The notes under the pieces: model-generated
What the model was told of the DNA's origin: nothing
Databases searched by the model: none
Seen by the model: only the letters and a program-made list of their open reading frames with translations
Position numbers and translations under genes: made by a program
Origin: Haloarculaceae archaeon
Lineage (GTDB): Archaea; Halobacteriota; Halobacteria; Halobacteriales; Haloarculaceae
Length of the DNA: 64,000 nt
Assembly: GCA_042216055.1 (NCBI GenBank)
Contig: JBDGUH010000001.1
Span: forward strand, 2,213-66,212
Reading direction: 5' to 3'
Shown here: positions 35,777 to 45,512 of the stretch, piece by piece
How the letters are laid out: each line of letters opens with the position of its first letter
How positions within the stretch are numbered: the first letter of the stretch is position 1

Positions 35777-37420
35777 TTACCCACTATCCGCGGCCGGGAG
35801 GTGGACGATCGCGACGCCCTCGTCGGCTTCGAAGGCGAGTTCGCCGCGTGACTTCTCGACGATCCAGCGCACGAGGAACAGGCCGATGCCGGTGCCGTGA
35901 TTCAGTTTCCCCTCGTCGCCGGACCTGACGGCGTCGATTTCGGTCGCGGGGATCCCGGGGCCGTTGTCCCGTATCCGGACGGTCACGCGATCCGCGTGGC
36001 GCGTCACGTCGACGCTGACGCGGGGTTCTGTGGCGTCGTTGTGGACGACGCCGTTCTCGAGGAGGTTCTCCACTGCCTCGTCGAGAAAGGGACTGGCGCG
36101 CGCCGGCGCGACGGACGGCGCGTCGACCTCGAAGGTCGCGTCCGGGAACCGCTCCTCGAGGGCGTCGACGCGGTCGCGCACGACCGCGGCCGCGTCGATC
36201 CGGCGACGCTCGTCGCCCCTGTCGACGACCGACTCGACGACTCGCGCCTTCGCGCTCATCTCGACGACGCGTTCGCCGGTCCGACGGATCGTCTCGGCCT
36301 GCTCGCTGATCGGTCCGTCGGTCGACTCGATGATGTCGTTCGCGTGTCCCGTGACGACGGTCATCTGGTTGCGGAGGTTGTGCCTGAGAAACCGGCTCGT
36401 GACGCGTTTCAACAGGTCGAGTTCGCGTTCGCGCTCCGTGAGATCGGTGATATCGCGCAGGACGAGCAGGTGGCCCGGGGCCGCCTCTCCCCCCAGGTCC
36501 GAGGCCCGGAGATCGAAATGGACCGCGTGTCCCTCGCGTTCGATGGCGACCTCGCCGGCGCTGTCCTCGGACAGGCGTTCCAGGAGGTCGACGCCGTACA
36601 GCGCTTCCGTGGTCTCGCCGAACGGATCGCAGTCACAGAGGCGTCGCGCGGCAGGATTGCAGTCGATGACGCGGCCGTCGCCGTCCAGCGCGAGCACGGG
36701 ATCGTCCATCTCCTCGATGATCCGGTCGCGCGCCACCGGTCCCAGGTCGAGAAACTCCTGGCGGAAGACGGCGTAGGTGAAGGCGGCCCCCGTCACCGCG
36801 AACGAGAGCGGCGCCAGGTCGAACCGCGGGCCCAGCAGGAAGAACGCGAGGTTACTGAGGACCGGCGCGATCACTCCGACGAGCAGCGGGACGATCTGGG
36901 CGCGGTAGAAACGCTGGGACCGGTAGGTCGTCACGAGGAGCAACACCACCACGCCCGCCGTCACCAGATACGAGTACGCGACGGTCCCCCAGAACGCCGG
37001 GCCGTAGGACAGCGTGGCGGGCGTCCCGGGCGTCGTCGCCGGGTCCCAGATCAGGCCGTGCGCGTGGTTCGTCCAGACGAGGGCGTTGACGACGATCGGT
37101 TCGACGAGCAACGCGGCGACCGTTCGCCACCCCACGAGGTCGGACCGGCCGACGTACTCGAGGCCGAACAGGACGAGAAAGAAGACGGCCAGCGTGATAC
37201 CGAGGAAGGTCGCCTTCCGCCAGAACATTGCCGCCGCGGGGTCGGTCGCGGTCCAGGAGAAAAACGTCGCCAGCAGCCACCACGACGCCGCGAGCATCGT
37301 TCCGGCGAGCGGCCGCGTCCCGCGCTTGGGGCGATTGTGCCAGGCGACGCCGGCCAGCGCCAGCGACGCCGCGGTCGCCACGGCGAGGGCGAACCGGTAC
37401 GCGGTCAGGGCCGAGACCAT
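35777..37420 (-). CDS. Membrane sensor histidine kinase (N-terminal 7TM-type domain, PAS, HisKA, HATPase_c)
   Basis: Six to seven N-terminal TM helices. PAS (LALDGDGRVIDCNPAARRL). H-box FLRHNLRNQM. G-boxes (RDNGPGIP, GTGIGLFLV). Confidence 0.8.
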   Translation of the reverse strand: MVSALTAYRFALAVATAASLALAGVAWHNRPKRGTRPLAGTMLAASWWLLATFFSWTATDPAAAMFWRKATFLGITLAVFFLVLFGLEYVGRSDLVGWRTVAALLVEPIVVNALVWTNHAHGLIWDPATTPGTPATLSYGPAFWGTVAYSYLVTAGVVVLLLVTTYRSQRFYRAQIVPLLVGVIAPVLSNLAFFLLGPRFDLAPLSFAVTGAAFTYAVFRQEFLDLGPVARDRIIEEMDDPVLALDGDGRVIDCNPAARRLCDCDPFGETTEALYGVDLLERLSEDSAGEVAIEREGHAVHFDLRASDLGGEAAPGHLLVLRDITDLTERERELDLLKRVTSRFLRHNLRNQMTVVTGHANDIIESTDGPISEQAETIRRTGERVVEMSAKARVVESVVDRGDERRRIDAAAVVRDRVDALEERFPDATFEVDAPSVAPARASPFLDEAVENLLENGVVHNDATEPRVSVDVTRHADRVTVRIRDNGPGIPATEIDAVRSGDEGKLNHGTGIGLFLVRWIVEKSRGELAFEADEGVAIVHLPAADSG

Positions 37421-37532
37421 CGTCGACACGCTCGTATGGGGGCCGTAAAACGTTGGTGACGCCCGCAACTCACCTGTGGCGCCCGCCTGACGACCGCCAC
37501 AGGTAAATACGGGCGTGCGGGAGAATCACTCG

Positions 37533-38393
37533 ATGGAGGGACAGGCGCGCGCACCGGCCGCGGGGACGGTGCTGAACGCACTGGCGACGGGCCACGGGGC
37601 GGCGTTCGCCATCGACGAGTACACCACCGCGACGGTGTCGCTCTCGGGCGACGCGGACGGCGTCGACGGGGCTGTTGCGGACGCGCCCGACGCGGACACG
37701 CGGCTGATCGAGACCTGCGTCGAGTACGTCCTCGACGCACACGGCGGGCCGGACGTGACCGGTGGAACGGTCCGGACCGAGAGCGAGGTCCCGATGGCCT
37801 CCGGGCTGAAGAGTTCGAGCGCCGCGGCGAACGCGGCCGTGATGGCGACGCTCGACGCCCTCGATGCAACCGACGCGATGACCCGGGAGGACATGGCCCG
37901 CCTCGGAGTGGTCGCCGCCCGGGACGTGGGCGTCACCGTCACGGGCGCGTTCGACGACGCCTCGGCGTCGATGCTGGGCGGCGTCACCGTCACCGACAAC
38001 GAGCACGACGACCTGCTGGCCCACGAGACCGTCGAGTGGGACGTGCTCGTCTGGACGCCCCCGGAACGGGCTTTCAGCGCCGACGCCGAGGTAGAGCGCT
38101 GCCGGCAGATCGCGCCGGTGGCCCGCCTCGTCGAGGACCTGGCGCTCGACGGCCAGTACGAGCGCGCGATGACCGTCAACGGGCTGGCCTTTTGTGCCGC
38201 GCTCGGCTTCGACCCCGAACCGGCCGTCGAGGCGCTGACGAGCGTCGAGGGCGTCTCGCTGTCGGGCACCGGCCCCTCGTTCGTCGCCGTCGGCGACGCC
38301 GACGCGCTCGCGGCCGTCCGCGAGCGCTGGGACGACCGGGCCGGCAGGACGCTGTCCACCACGACACAGACGGAGGGAACACGACCGCTATGA
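37533..38393 (+). CDS. aroK: Archaeal GHMP-type shikimate kinase
   Basis: PMASGLKSSSAAANA is the GHMP motif. Size, overall pattern and translational coupling to chorismate mutase agree. Confidence 0.8.
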   Translation: MEGQARAPAAGTVLNALATGHGAAFAIDEYTTATVSLSGDADGVDGAVADAPDADTRLIETCVEYVLDAHGGPDVTGGTVRTESEVPMASGLKSSSAAANAAVMATLDALDATDAMTREDMARLGVVAARDVGVTVTGAFDDASASMLGGVTVTDNEHDDLLAHETVEWDVLVWTPPERAFSADAEVERCRQIAPVARLVEDLALDGQYERAMTVNGLAFCAALGFDPEPAVEALTSVEGVSLSGTGPSFVAVGDADALAAVRERWDDRAGRTLSTTTQTEGTRPL

Positions 38394-38677
38394 GCACGAA
38401 CCCCGACGAGATGGAACTCGAGGAACTCCGCGAGGAGATCCGGAGCATCGACCGCGAGATCGTCGAACTGATCGCCCGGCGTACCTACGTCGCCGACACC
38501 ATCGCCGAGGTGAAGGCCGAGCAGGGCCTGCCGACGACCGACGAGCAGCAGGAACAGCAGGTCATGGACCGGGCCGGTGAGAACGCAACGCGCTTCGACG
38601 TCGACGCCAACCTCGTGAAGGCCATCTTCCGGCTGCTGATCGAACTGAACAAGGTCGAGCAGCGTGAGAGCAGGTAA
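38390..38677 (+). CDS. Chorismate mutase (AroQ class)
   Basis: LEELREEIRSIDREIVELIARR...KAEQGLP...DEQQEQQVM is typical AroQ. The ATG overlaps the aroK stop (ATGA). Confidence 0.8.
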   Translation: MSTNPDEMELEELREEIRSIDREIVELIARRTYVADTIAEVKAEQGLPTTDEQQEQQVMDRAGENATRFDVDANLVKAIFRLLIELNKVEQRESR

Positions 38678-38910
38678 CCGATACCGGGCGTTTCAGAGCC
38701 GCTACTATCGTCCGGGGTGCTCATTCTTCTTCCGGTAACTGCTCTTTCGATTCGGATTCGTTGAAAAACGCCATCGCCTCTCCCGGTGGCTCCGAACTGC
38801 TATCCGCAGACCCATTTCTTGCTCACGGTCGACACAGTGGCCAGTGTATTTTGTACAGAGAGGTTTGACCACCGAAAGACACAGTATCCTGCGTACACAC
38901 AGTTTCTTGT

Positions 38911-39141
38911 ATGCCAACGATCACGGTCAACGTCGACGACGAACTCAAGAAGCGAATGGAAAAGCACCCAGAGATCAACTGGAGTGAGGTCACGCGACAG
39001 GCGATCCAAGAGAAAATCGAGTCGCTCGAAGTGATGGACGAGCTTACGTCCAATAGCGAACTCACCGAAAGTGACGTCGCCAAAATCGCTGACAAAATCA
39101 ACGAAAGCGCACGCAAACGCGTCGAAGAAGAATCGGAGTAG
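38911..39141 (+). CDS. vapB: VapB-like antitoxin
   Basis: MPTITVNVDDELKKRMEKHPEINWSEVTRQAIQEKI has an RHH/antitoxin-like N-terminus. It lies 9 nt upstream of a PIN gene in an AT-rich patch. Confidence 0.6.
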   Translation: MPTITVNVDDELKKRMEKHPEINWSEVTRQAIQEKIESLEVMDELTSNSELTESDVAKIADKINESARKRVEEESE

Positions 39142-39150
39142 TCTCGACTG

Positions 39151-39660
39151 ATGATGCTGGTCGTCGATGCCAACGTCGTCATCTCCGCACTCATTGCAGA
39201 CTCGAAAACTCGCGAACTCATCGTTACGCTCGAACCCAATCTCTTGACGCCCGAGTTCGTCCATGACGAAATCGGGAACTACGAGGAGCTGATCCTCGAG
39301 AAGTCAGGGATGACTCCTGATCGGGTCGCACAGTTTATCGAACTCCTGTTTCATACGGATTATTGCGACTGTTTACCGGTCCGACCGCACGGCTCCGTGC
39401 GGTCGAGACGGGAATGACTCGCAATAATCCGTATCAGTACATCGAAGACGTTCCCGCAGGCGAGTTCTATCCGTATCTCGAGGATGCCGACGCGGCAATC
39501 GGCGACATTGATCCCGACGACGTGTTGTACGTCGCGTGCGCTCATGCTACCGATGCAGATATCTGGAGCGCCGATTCCGATTTCGAGGAACAGAATCTTG
39601 TCGACGCCCACACGACGAGTGACGTGGTCGAGTCGTTCGACACGCTCTATTCAATCCAAG
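39151..39660 (+). pseudogene. vapC: PIN-domain (VapC-like) toxin gene disrupted by an 80-nt MITE
   Basis: The N-terminal part MMLVVDANVVISALI...EFVHDEI... is in frame 1 up to 39353. The C-terminal part QYIEDVP...ACAHATDADIWSADSDFEE... is in another frame after 39436. Removing 39354-39436 (element plus one TCA) fuses them in frame. The 3' end is uncertain because no in-frame stop occurs before 40805. Confidence 0.7.
39354..39433. mobile_element. 80-nt palindromic MITE, copy B (flanked by TCA/TCA)
   Basis: TACGGATTATTGCGA...TCGCAATAATCCGTA is a perfect 15-bp terminal inverted repeat. The central hairpin is CGACCGCACGG-CT-CCGTGCGGTCG. Direct TCA repeats lie at 39351-39353 and 39434-39436. Confidence 0.85.
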
Positions 39661-39707
39661 CAACGGCCTGTGACTCTCCCTCGATCGAACTAGTCGCTAT
39701 ATCGTCC

Positions 39708-40733
39708 CTAGTACCCGCCGTCGTCCACCGCAGTCGGCGTCGCGGTCGCCTCGTCGGTCTCCTCGTCCGACTCCGCCTCGCGGATCGGTCGGCCACGCGG
39801 GTCGAGTACCCGCCAGACGCCGTCGACTCCCTGCCCGTACGCGTCGCCCGGTTCGTCGTCGCTCTGGAACCCGTACAGCGGCCAGCCATTGGCGGCGACC
39901 TGAACCCCGTCGTCGTCGCGCTCGAACGTCGACAGCGCCGCCTCGACGCCGTCGCCGGCGGTCGGTGTCCCGTCGACAGTCAGCGGGGGCCAGGCCGTCG
40001 CACAGCCACCCGTACAACTGCTCCGGGCTGCGCCGCGCGTGTCGTCCTCGAACACGTACAGCGTCATCCCATGGGCGTCGACGAGGATCTGGCCGTACTC
40101 GTCGTGATCGCGGACCCGGACCGTCGCCGGCGTCTCGGTCGTCGTCGTCGGGGTCGCCGTGGTCTCGGGGCGCTTGGGCGTGCCGTCGGGTCCGAGCACC
40201 CACCAGTTGTCGCCGACGCCCTGGCCGTTCGCGTCGCCGGGTTCCCCGTCGGAGCCGAAGTAGTACAGCGGCCAGCCGCCGGCCGTGACCTGGGTCGATC
40301 CGTCGAGGCGCTCGAACGTGTCGAGTTCGGCCGCGACGCCGTCGCCGGCGACCGGCGTGCCGTCGACAGTCAGCGGGGGCCAGGCTCCCGCACAGCCGCC
40401 CGTGCAGGCGCTCTCGTGGGCGCCGTGAGTGTCGCTGTCGAACATGTACAGCGTCAGGCCGTCCGGTCCGACGAGGAGGGGGCCCAGGTCGGGATGGTCC
40501 CGAACGCGGACGGTCGCCGCGGAGGAGGGCGTGGCCGTCCTCGACTCGGTCGAGGGGGACGTGGACGTCGCCGACTCGGTCGGCGAAGGGGGCTCCGTCG
40601 GAGGGGCCATCCGATCCGCGGAGTCCGTGGTCGTCGGGGTCCCGTCGCCTTCGCCGTCGCCGGTACACCCGGCCAGCGCGAACGCCAGAGCCGAGGTGGC
40701 GGTGCCGAGCAGCGCGCGTCGTGTGGGCGGCAT
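39708..40733 (-). CDS. Tat lipoprotein with two tandem copies of a conserved secreted repeat (COG4315-like)
   Basis: Signal RRALLGTATSALAFALAGC. A Thr/Ser/Pro linker. Two ~110-aa repeats, each with VRVRDH...LY.F..D......C.GGCA.AWPPLTV...GWPLY.F..D. Confidence 0.75.
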   Translation of the reverse strand: MPPTRRALLGTATSALAFALAGCTGDGEGDGTPTTTDSADRMAPPTEPPSPTESATSTSPSTESRTATPSSAATVRVRDHPDLGPLLVGPDGLTLYMFDSDTHGAHESACTGGCAGAWPPLTVDGTPVAGDGVAAELDTFERLDGSTQVTAGGWPLYYFGSDGEPGDANGQGVGDNWWVLGPDGTPKRPETTATPTTTTETPATVRVRDHDEYGQILVDAHGMTLYVFEDDTRGAARSSCTGGCATAWPPLTVDGTPTAGDGVEAALSTFERDDDGVQVAANGWPLYGFQSDDEPGDAYGQGVDGVWRVLDPRGRPIREAESDEETDEATATPTAVDDGGY

Positions 40734-40796
40734 GCCGGGACGACGCGAGGAGACAGAAAAGGCGTTTTCCGAACTCGGTCCGAATTTCGTCCGGGA

Positions 40797-41099
40797 TCAG
40801 ACTAGAGTCAGCCGCGCGAGCACGAGCAGCGCAATCAGTTCCAGGCCGCAGAGCAGCGTCATGCCTATCTGTGCCCCGGTCGTGGTTCCCTGGAACCAGC
40901 CGACGAACACCGGATCGAGGACGTAGAAGTACAGCCACAGGAGGTTCTCGATCAGCAGGAAGGCACCGATCGTCAGGAACCCGAAGGTGTGACTGGCACC
41001 GTGCTCCCGGTATCGGCGGAGCCAGACGCTCCCCAGGACCAGGAGGACGACCACGTTCGCGCCGGCCGCGAGGCGCGCCACGGTCAGCCAGGCACTCAT
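40797..41099 (-). CDS. Small membrane protein (3 TM)
   Basis: Three clear hydrophobic helices. Lies immediately downstream of an ArsR-type regulator gene on the same strand. Confidence 0.55.
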   Translation of the reverse strand: MSAWLTVARLAAGANVVVLLVLGSVWLRRYREHGASHTFGFLTIGAFLLIENLLWLYFYVLDPVFVGWFQGTTTGAQIGMTLLCGLELIALLVLARLTLV

Positions 41100-41154
41100 C
41101 GTCCGTTCACTCCCGTCCGTAGCCTCTTAGTCGCTGTCCAAACTTCGTCCGAAC

Positions 41155-41442
41155 TCATGAGTCCTCCGTGTCGACGGTGTCGAGAATCTCCTCGAGGGTC
41201 TCGCGGTGGGCCTCCACGCGGTCGGTCAGCAGGTACACCGCCCCGTAGTCGTCGCCGGAGCTCTCGACGATGCCGTTCTCGGTCATCACGTCGAGGTGGT
41301 GGCGAATCGTCGTGTAGTCCACGTCCAGGGCGTCCGCGAGCTGGTTGGGGTTGCGCGGGCGTTCCTCCAGCGCCCGGACGATGCGCACCCTGGTCGGCGC
41401 GCCGCGGGAACTGGCGAGCAGGTGCCAGAGTGCGCCCTCCAT
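41155..41442 (-). CDS. ArsR-family winged-helix transcription regulator
   Basis: RVRIVRALEERPRNPNQLADALDVDYTTIRHHLDVMTENGIV is a typical ArsR HTH. Start at ATG 41442. Confidence 0.75.
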   Translation of the reverse strand: MEGALWHLLASSRGAPTRVRIVRALEERPRNPNQLADALDVDYTTIRHHLDVMTENGIVESSGDDYGAVYLLTDRVEAHRETLEEILDTVDTEDS

Positions 41443-41522
41443 CGCTCCCCCGTTCTCCGCGGACTGACGTAAACGTCGGGGGCGCTGCCCGTTCACACGC
41501 GTGGATCCCGCGAGCCTGGTCG

Positions 41523-42314
41523 CTACTCGACGGGATAGACGTCGGCGAGGCCGTCGAGCGCCTCGTGATGCTCGGTGGTGTGCGGTGCGGTCAGCGGAGA
41601 GACGCTGACCCGCCCGTCGACGACTGCCCGGCGATCCGTCCCCTCAGGGTCGGGCACGTCGCCCGCCGCCATGCGCTCCCAGATGCGGTCGTGAAGGCTG
41701 ACGATGCCGTCGTCGCGCTCGGCGTCCATCTCGTAGTACGTCGAGGGGCGAGTGACGGCCATCCCGGCCGGGCCCCACTCCGCGACGGGGGCGTTGACGT
41801 TGAGGTAGTCACAGCGGTCGAACACGCCGGCCTCGAGCGCGTTGGCTGCCAGATAGCGTGTCGCGCGCGTCGCCTCGGCGTAGCTGTCGTAGTCGGCCTC
41901 CACGTTCGCGAACGCGGCGTCCTCCCTGACCGGGATGTACATCGAGACGGCGATGGCGGGCACGTCGAAGAACGTGGCCTCGACGGCGGCGCTCACGGTC
42001 CCCGACCGCCCCAGGACGTACGCCCCGAGGTTCGCGCCGCGATTGCAGCCGGCGACGACGAGGTCGGCGTCCGGAACGAGCGATTCGAGGCCGGCGACAA
42101 CGCAGTCCGCCGGCGTCCCCGCGACGGCGTAGCCCAGTTCGTGCTCCCTGACGGGGACCTCGTTCGAGATGGCCCGGCCGACGGCGCTCTGGTCGTCCTC
42201 CGGCGCGACCGCGACCACCTCGCCCACGTCAGCGAGCGCGTCGTACACTGCCCGGAAGCCGACGCTCTCGATGCCGTCGTCGTTGGTCAGCAGGATGACC
42301 GGCTCCTCGCCCAT
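41523..42314 (-). CDS. surE: 5'/3'-nucleotidase SurE
   Basis: ILLTNDDGIES start motif and GCNRGANLG. Start at ATG 42314. Confidence 0.85.
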   Translation of the reverse strand: MGEEPVILLTNDDGIESVGFRAVYDALADVGEVVAVAPEDDQSAVGRAISNEVPVREHELGYAVAGTPADCVVAGLESLVPDADLVVAGCNRGANLGAYVLGRSGTVSAAVEATFFDVPAIAVSMYIPVREDAAFANVEADYDSYAEATRATRYLAANALEAGVFDRCDYLNVNAPVAEWGPAGMAVTRPSTYYEMDAERDDGIVSLHDRIWERMAAGDVPDPEGTDRRAVVDGRVSVSPLTAPHTTEHHEALDGLADVYPVE

Positions 42315-42392
42315 ACGGTCCCTGTGGGGAGGGCGGAGAAAAGCCCACCGGCGAGCCACCGACGCCGGTCGGGCACGGGTCGTCCCGTCGGG

Positions 42393-43808
42393 TCACGTCG
42401 GAGCGACGTCGACCACCGTCTCGCCGTCCACGACCACGTTGTACGCGCCCTCGTCGTCGTTCCAGAGGACGAGCGCGTTCTCGAACACGAGGAGGTCGCC
42501 GTAGTCCGCCCCCTCGAGGCCGTCGTTCAGCGCCGAGCGCTCGGTCAGCACCGCGTAGTGGTCGATCCGCTGACTGCCGTCGCCCAGGAGATAGAGCGGG
42601 TTGGCGTCGGCCCCGGCGAGGTCGTGGCTGAGCTTGATCGCCAGCAGGTTCACCCGGTCGGTGACGTAGTCGTCGGCGTCGGCCATCCGGGCGTACCGGG
42701 AACGGTCCCCGCGTGCCCCGATGGCCGTCTCGCCGTCCATCGTCAGCAGGGAGTAGGCGTACTGCACGTCGGCGTTGACGAACTCGCCCGATTCGTGATC
42801 GGGTCCCCCGGCCGTCTCGTCGAGGCGCGACTGGAACGGGGGTACCTCGATATCGGGCCTCACGTCGAACGACCAGCACTCGCTCTCGGGGGCCATGTTC
42901 GGCCAGAGGCGCACCGTCGGCGCGTACACCGTCGCCGGGCCGTCGTCGGCGACGGCCCGCTCTACCGTCCGGAGTCCGGTCGCAGTGTTGCGATCCGCGG
43001 GTTCGATCGCGACGGCGGTGCCCGCCGGGGCGAGCGCCGACAGGTAGCGCTCGAGTGTCTCTGCGGGGGCGTCGAGTTCGTTCAGGACGTTCGCGAACAG
43101 GAGGAGGTCGTACTCGCCGTCGGGGTCGAACGCCTCCGCCGTCTCCCGGTGGATCGTCGCGTGGACGTTCCGACCGGCCCCCGCGAGGAGGGTCTCGCAG
43201 ACGTCGGCGGCGGCGCTCGGTTCGACAGCGTGGTACTCGACCAGGGCGTCCTCGGGGAGCAGGTCGAGCAGGCCGAGAGCGGGGCCGCCGACGCCGGCGC
43301 CCACGTCGAGCACGCGCAGTCGGGCGGGAACGCGATCCGCGCGGACGAGGTCGCCGAGCACGTACTGGGCGGCGGCGTAGGTGGCCGGGAGGTGATAGAC
43401 TGCGTAGCCCAGCGCAGTCAGGCGGTCGTACTCGACGCTCGCCCGGTCGAGGTAGCGGGCCTTCACCTCGCGGACCCGCTCGCGGAGGCGGTCGCCGCTC
43501 TCGCCCCGGTGCCAGTCGGGTCCGAACGCGTCGACGAGCAGGTCCTCGACGGCCCGGACGTGGGCCGGCGGGAGTCGCTCGACCCCGTCGAAGGCCACCG
43601 CGACGGGGTCGAGCGACGCCGGTTCGAAGGTCCCGTCCCCGCGTTCGATCAGGTCGAGTTCCGGCGCGAGTTCCCGGAGGACCTGCCGGACGGCGGCAGG
43701 GTGGGGCTGCCCCTCGACGTACTCGTGGATCTCGTCGGGATCGATGGGCCTGACCTCCCGCAGGTAGCGGGCGTTGTCCCGGACCTGTTCGCGCTGGTCG
43801 GCGTTCAT
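42393..43808 (-). CDS. SAM-dependent methyltransferase, Rsm22-like
   Basis: VLDVGAGVGGPALG (motif I) and LLLFANVLNEL. I chose the internal ATG 43808 of the artefactual 1150-aa track ORF. Confidence 0.65.
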   Translation of the reverse strand: MNADQREQVRDNARYLREVRPIDPDEIHEYVEGQPHPAAVRQVLRELAPELDLIERGDGTFEPASLDPVAVAFDGVERLPPAHVRAVEDLLVDAFGPDWHRGESGDRLRERVREVKARYLDRASVEYDRLTALGYAVYHLPATYAAAQYVLGDLVRADRVPARLRVLDVGAGVGGPALGLLDLLPEDALVEYHAVEPSAAADVCETLLAGAGRNVHATIHRETAEAFDPDGEYDLLLFANVLNELDAPAETLERYLSALAPAGTAVAIEPADRNTATGLRTVERAVADDGPATVYAPTVRLWPNMAPESECWSFDVRPDIEVPPFQSRLDETAGGPDHESGEFVNADVQYAYSLLTMDGETAIGARGDRSRYARMADADDYVTDRVNLLAIKLSHDLAGADANPLYLLGDGSQRIDHYAVLTERSALNDGLEGADYGDLLVFENALVLWNDDEGAYNVVVDGETVVDVAPT

Positions 43809-44533
43809 CGGAGGCGCTCGTAGAGGTCCGCGAACGTCTCCGGGTCCGCGTCGGCGATCTCTCGTGCGGCCGCGGCCACGTCCTCGGCCCCCTCGAAGGC
43901 GTGCTGGATGTCGGCGTACACGCGGGCCTCGCCGCCGGTGACCTGCTCGACGAGGTCCACGAGGCCGGCCGAGATGGGCGTGTGAAACGCCGGCGGCACG
44001 TCCTCGGCGGCGAGGGCGAAGGCCAGCACGGCCGCGTGGGCCCGCGCCTGGACGGTCCGCATGGCCTCGTCGTGCTCGTCGGCGGTCGTCTCGAACACCT
44101 CGTTCCCACGCTCGGCGAGGCGCTCGCGGATCGTCTCCGTCACCGGGCCGTCCTCGTCGACGACGGCCGCGACGTTCCCCGGCGCGTTCTCGGGCGCGAA
44201 CAGCGGGTGGAGGCTCATCCGCTCGCGGTCGGGCGCGTTCGCCCGCATCGCGGCGATCGGTTCGGCCATGCTGCCGGTCACGTCCACCAGCGCCCGCCGG
44301 GCGCGGTCCGCGTACTCCTCGATGACGGCCGCCGCCGCGGGGATCGGCACCGCGACACAGACCGCGTCGAACGTCTCTTCTGTTCCGGGTTCGACCTGAC
44401 GGCCGTCGTGGGCCCGGGCAGCGGCTTCGGCGGCCGCCGGATCGGCGTCGACGAACGCGACGTCGTCGTCGGCCGCGACGCTGTCGGCGAACCACCGTCC
44501 CATCGTTCCGGCCCCGACGACGAGGAACTCCAT
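43805..44533 (-). CDS. tyrA: Prephenate dehydrogenase
   Basis: MEFLVVGAGTMGRWFA (Rossmann), VDVTGSM, HPLF.P. Its stop overlaps the downstream methyltransferase start by 4 nt. Confidence 0.7.
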   Translation of the reverse strand: MEFLVVGAGTMGRWFADSVAADDDVAFVDADPAAAEAAARAHDGRQVEPGTEETFDAVCVAVPIPAAAAVIEEYADRARRALVDVTGSMAEPIAAMRANAPDRERMSLHPLFAPENAPGNVAAVVDEDGPVTETIRERLAERGNEVFETTADEHDEAMRTVQARAHAAVLAFALAAEDVPPAFHTPISAGLVDLVEQVTGGEARVYADIQHAFEGAEDVAAAAREIADADPETFADLYERLR

Positions 44534-44738
44534 CGGGCGCCCGTAGCCCGGCCCCGCCCAAAAGCCGTTCGGTCGCCGCGATCCCGTCTTCGGTGCGACG
44601 CCCGATCGACTGGCCGCTACGGCGCAGTCTGGGGGATGTGGACGACTGACGACACGGACGTAGACGCGCGTCGAGTCGACCGAGAGCGGTCGGGATGGGG
44701 TGTAAACGCTTATCAGGGGCCGTCCACTTCCCAGAGCC

Positions 44739-45512
44739 ATGAAACGTGTCCGCTTCCGGGACTCCGCCGGCAACGTGAGGGGCGGCCGGTGGACCGTCGA
44801 GGACGGCGAGCCAAAGGTCACGGCCGCCGCCGGGCCGTACGGCCGGATCGCCTTCGGTGACGAGAGCTACGCCCCCGAGGAGGTCGACGTGCTCCCCCCC
44901 TGTGAGCCGACCAAGATCGTCTGTGTCGGCCTGAACTACCGGGATCACGCCGAGGAGCAGGACTCGGAACTGCCCGAGCGCCCGCTCCTCTTTCTCAAGC
45001 CGCCCAACGCCGTCGCCAGCCACGACAAGCGGCTGACGCTGTTGCCCGACAAGGAGCGCATCGACTACGAGGCCGAACTCGGCGTCGTGATCGGCGAGCA
45101 GTGCAAGAACGTCGACGCCGACGGCGCGATGGACGTGGTCGCGGGGTTCACCTGTGTCAACGACATCTCGAACCGCGACGACCAGCGCGTCGAGCAAAAC
45201 TGGGTGCGGGGCAAGGCCTTCGACAACTCCGGGCCCATCGGTCCGCTGGTCGCGACCCCGGAACACGTCCCCGAGGACGCGAGCATCGAACTCCGCCTGA
45301 ACGGCGAGACGCGCCAGTCCTCGACCCGGGACAACATGATCTTCACCGTTCCCGAACTGATCGAGGAGATCACCGCCTACATGACGCTGGAACCGGGCGA
45401 CGTGATCGCGACGGGCACGCCCGCCGGCGTCGGACCGCTCTCGAACGGCGACACGGTCGAGGTCGACATCGAGGGCGTCGGGACGCTCCGGAACACGATC
45501 CGGATCCCCTGA
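44739..45512 (+). CDS. Fumarylacetoacetate hydrolase family protein
   Basis: KIVCVGLNYRDHAEE, YEAELGVVIG, GFTCVNDISNRD, PGDVIATGTPAGVG. The TGA stop at 45510-45512 is also the MITE target-site duplication. Confidence 0.85.
   Translation: MKRVRFRDSAGNVRGGRWTVEDGEPKVTAAAGPYGRIAFGDESYAPEEVDVLPPCEPTKIVCVGLNYRDHAEEQDSELPERPLLFLKPPNAVASHDKRLTLLPDKERIDYEAELGVVIGEQCKNVDADGAMDVVAGFTCVNDISNRDDQRVEQNWVRGKAFDNSGPIGPLVATPEHVPEDASIELRLNGETRQSSTRDNMIFTVPELIEEITAYMTLEPGDVIATGTPAGVGPLSNGDTVEVDIEGVGTLRNTIRIP

Noticed and set aside
38705-39264. Minus-strand ORFs 38705..38917, 38800..39264 and 38823..39239
   Set aside because: They are antisense to the vapB-like gene and to the start of the PIN gene, with no recognisable motifs. 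The plus-strand pair gives a coherent antitoxin/PIN reading.
39661-40805. Continuation of plus-strand ORF 39363..40805 beyond the PIN C-terminus
   Set aside because: After about 39660 the translation becomes Arg/Gly-rich and is antisense to the well-supported lipoprotein gene 39708..40733. Only the first ~75 codons after the MITE are PIN-like.
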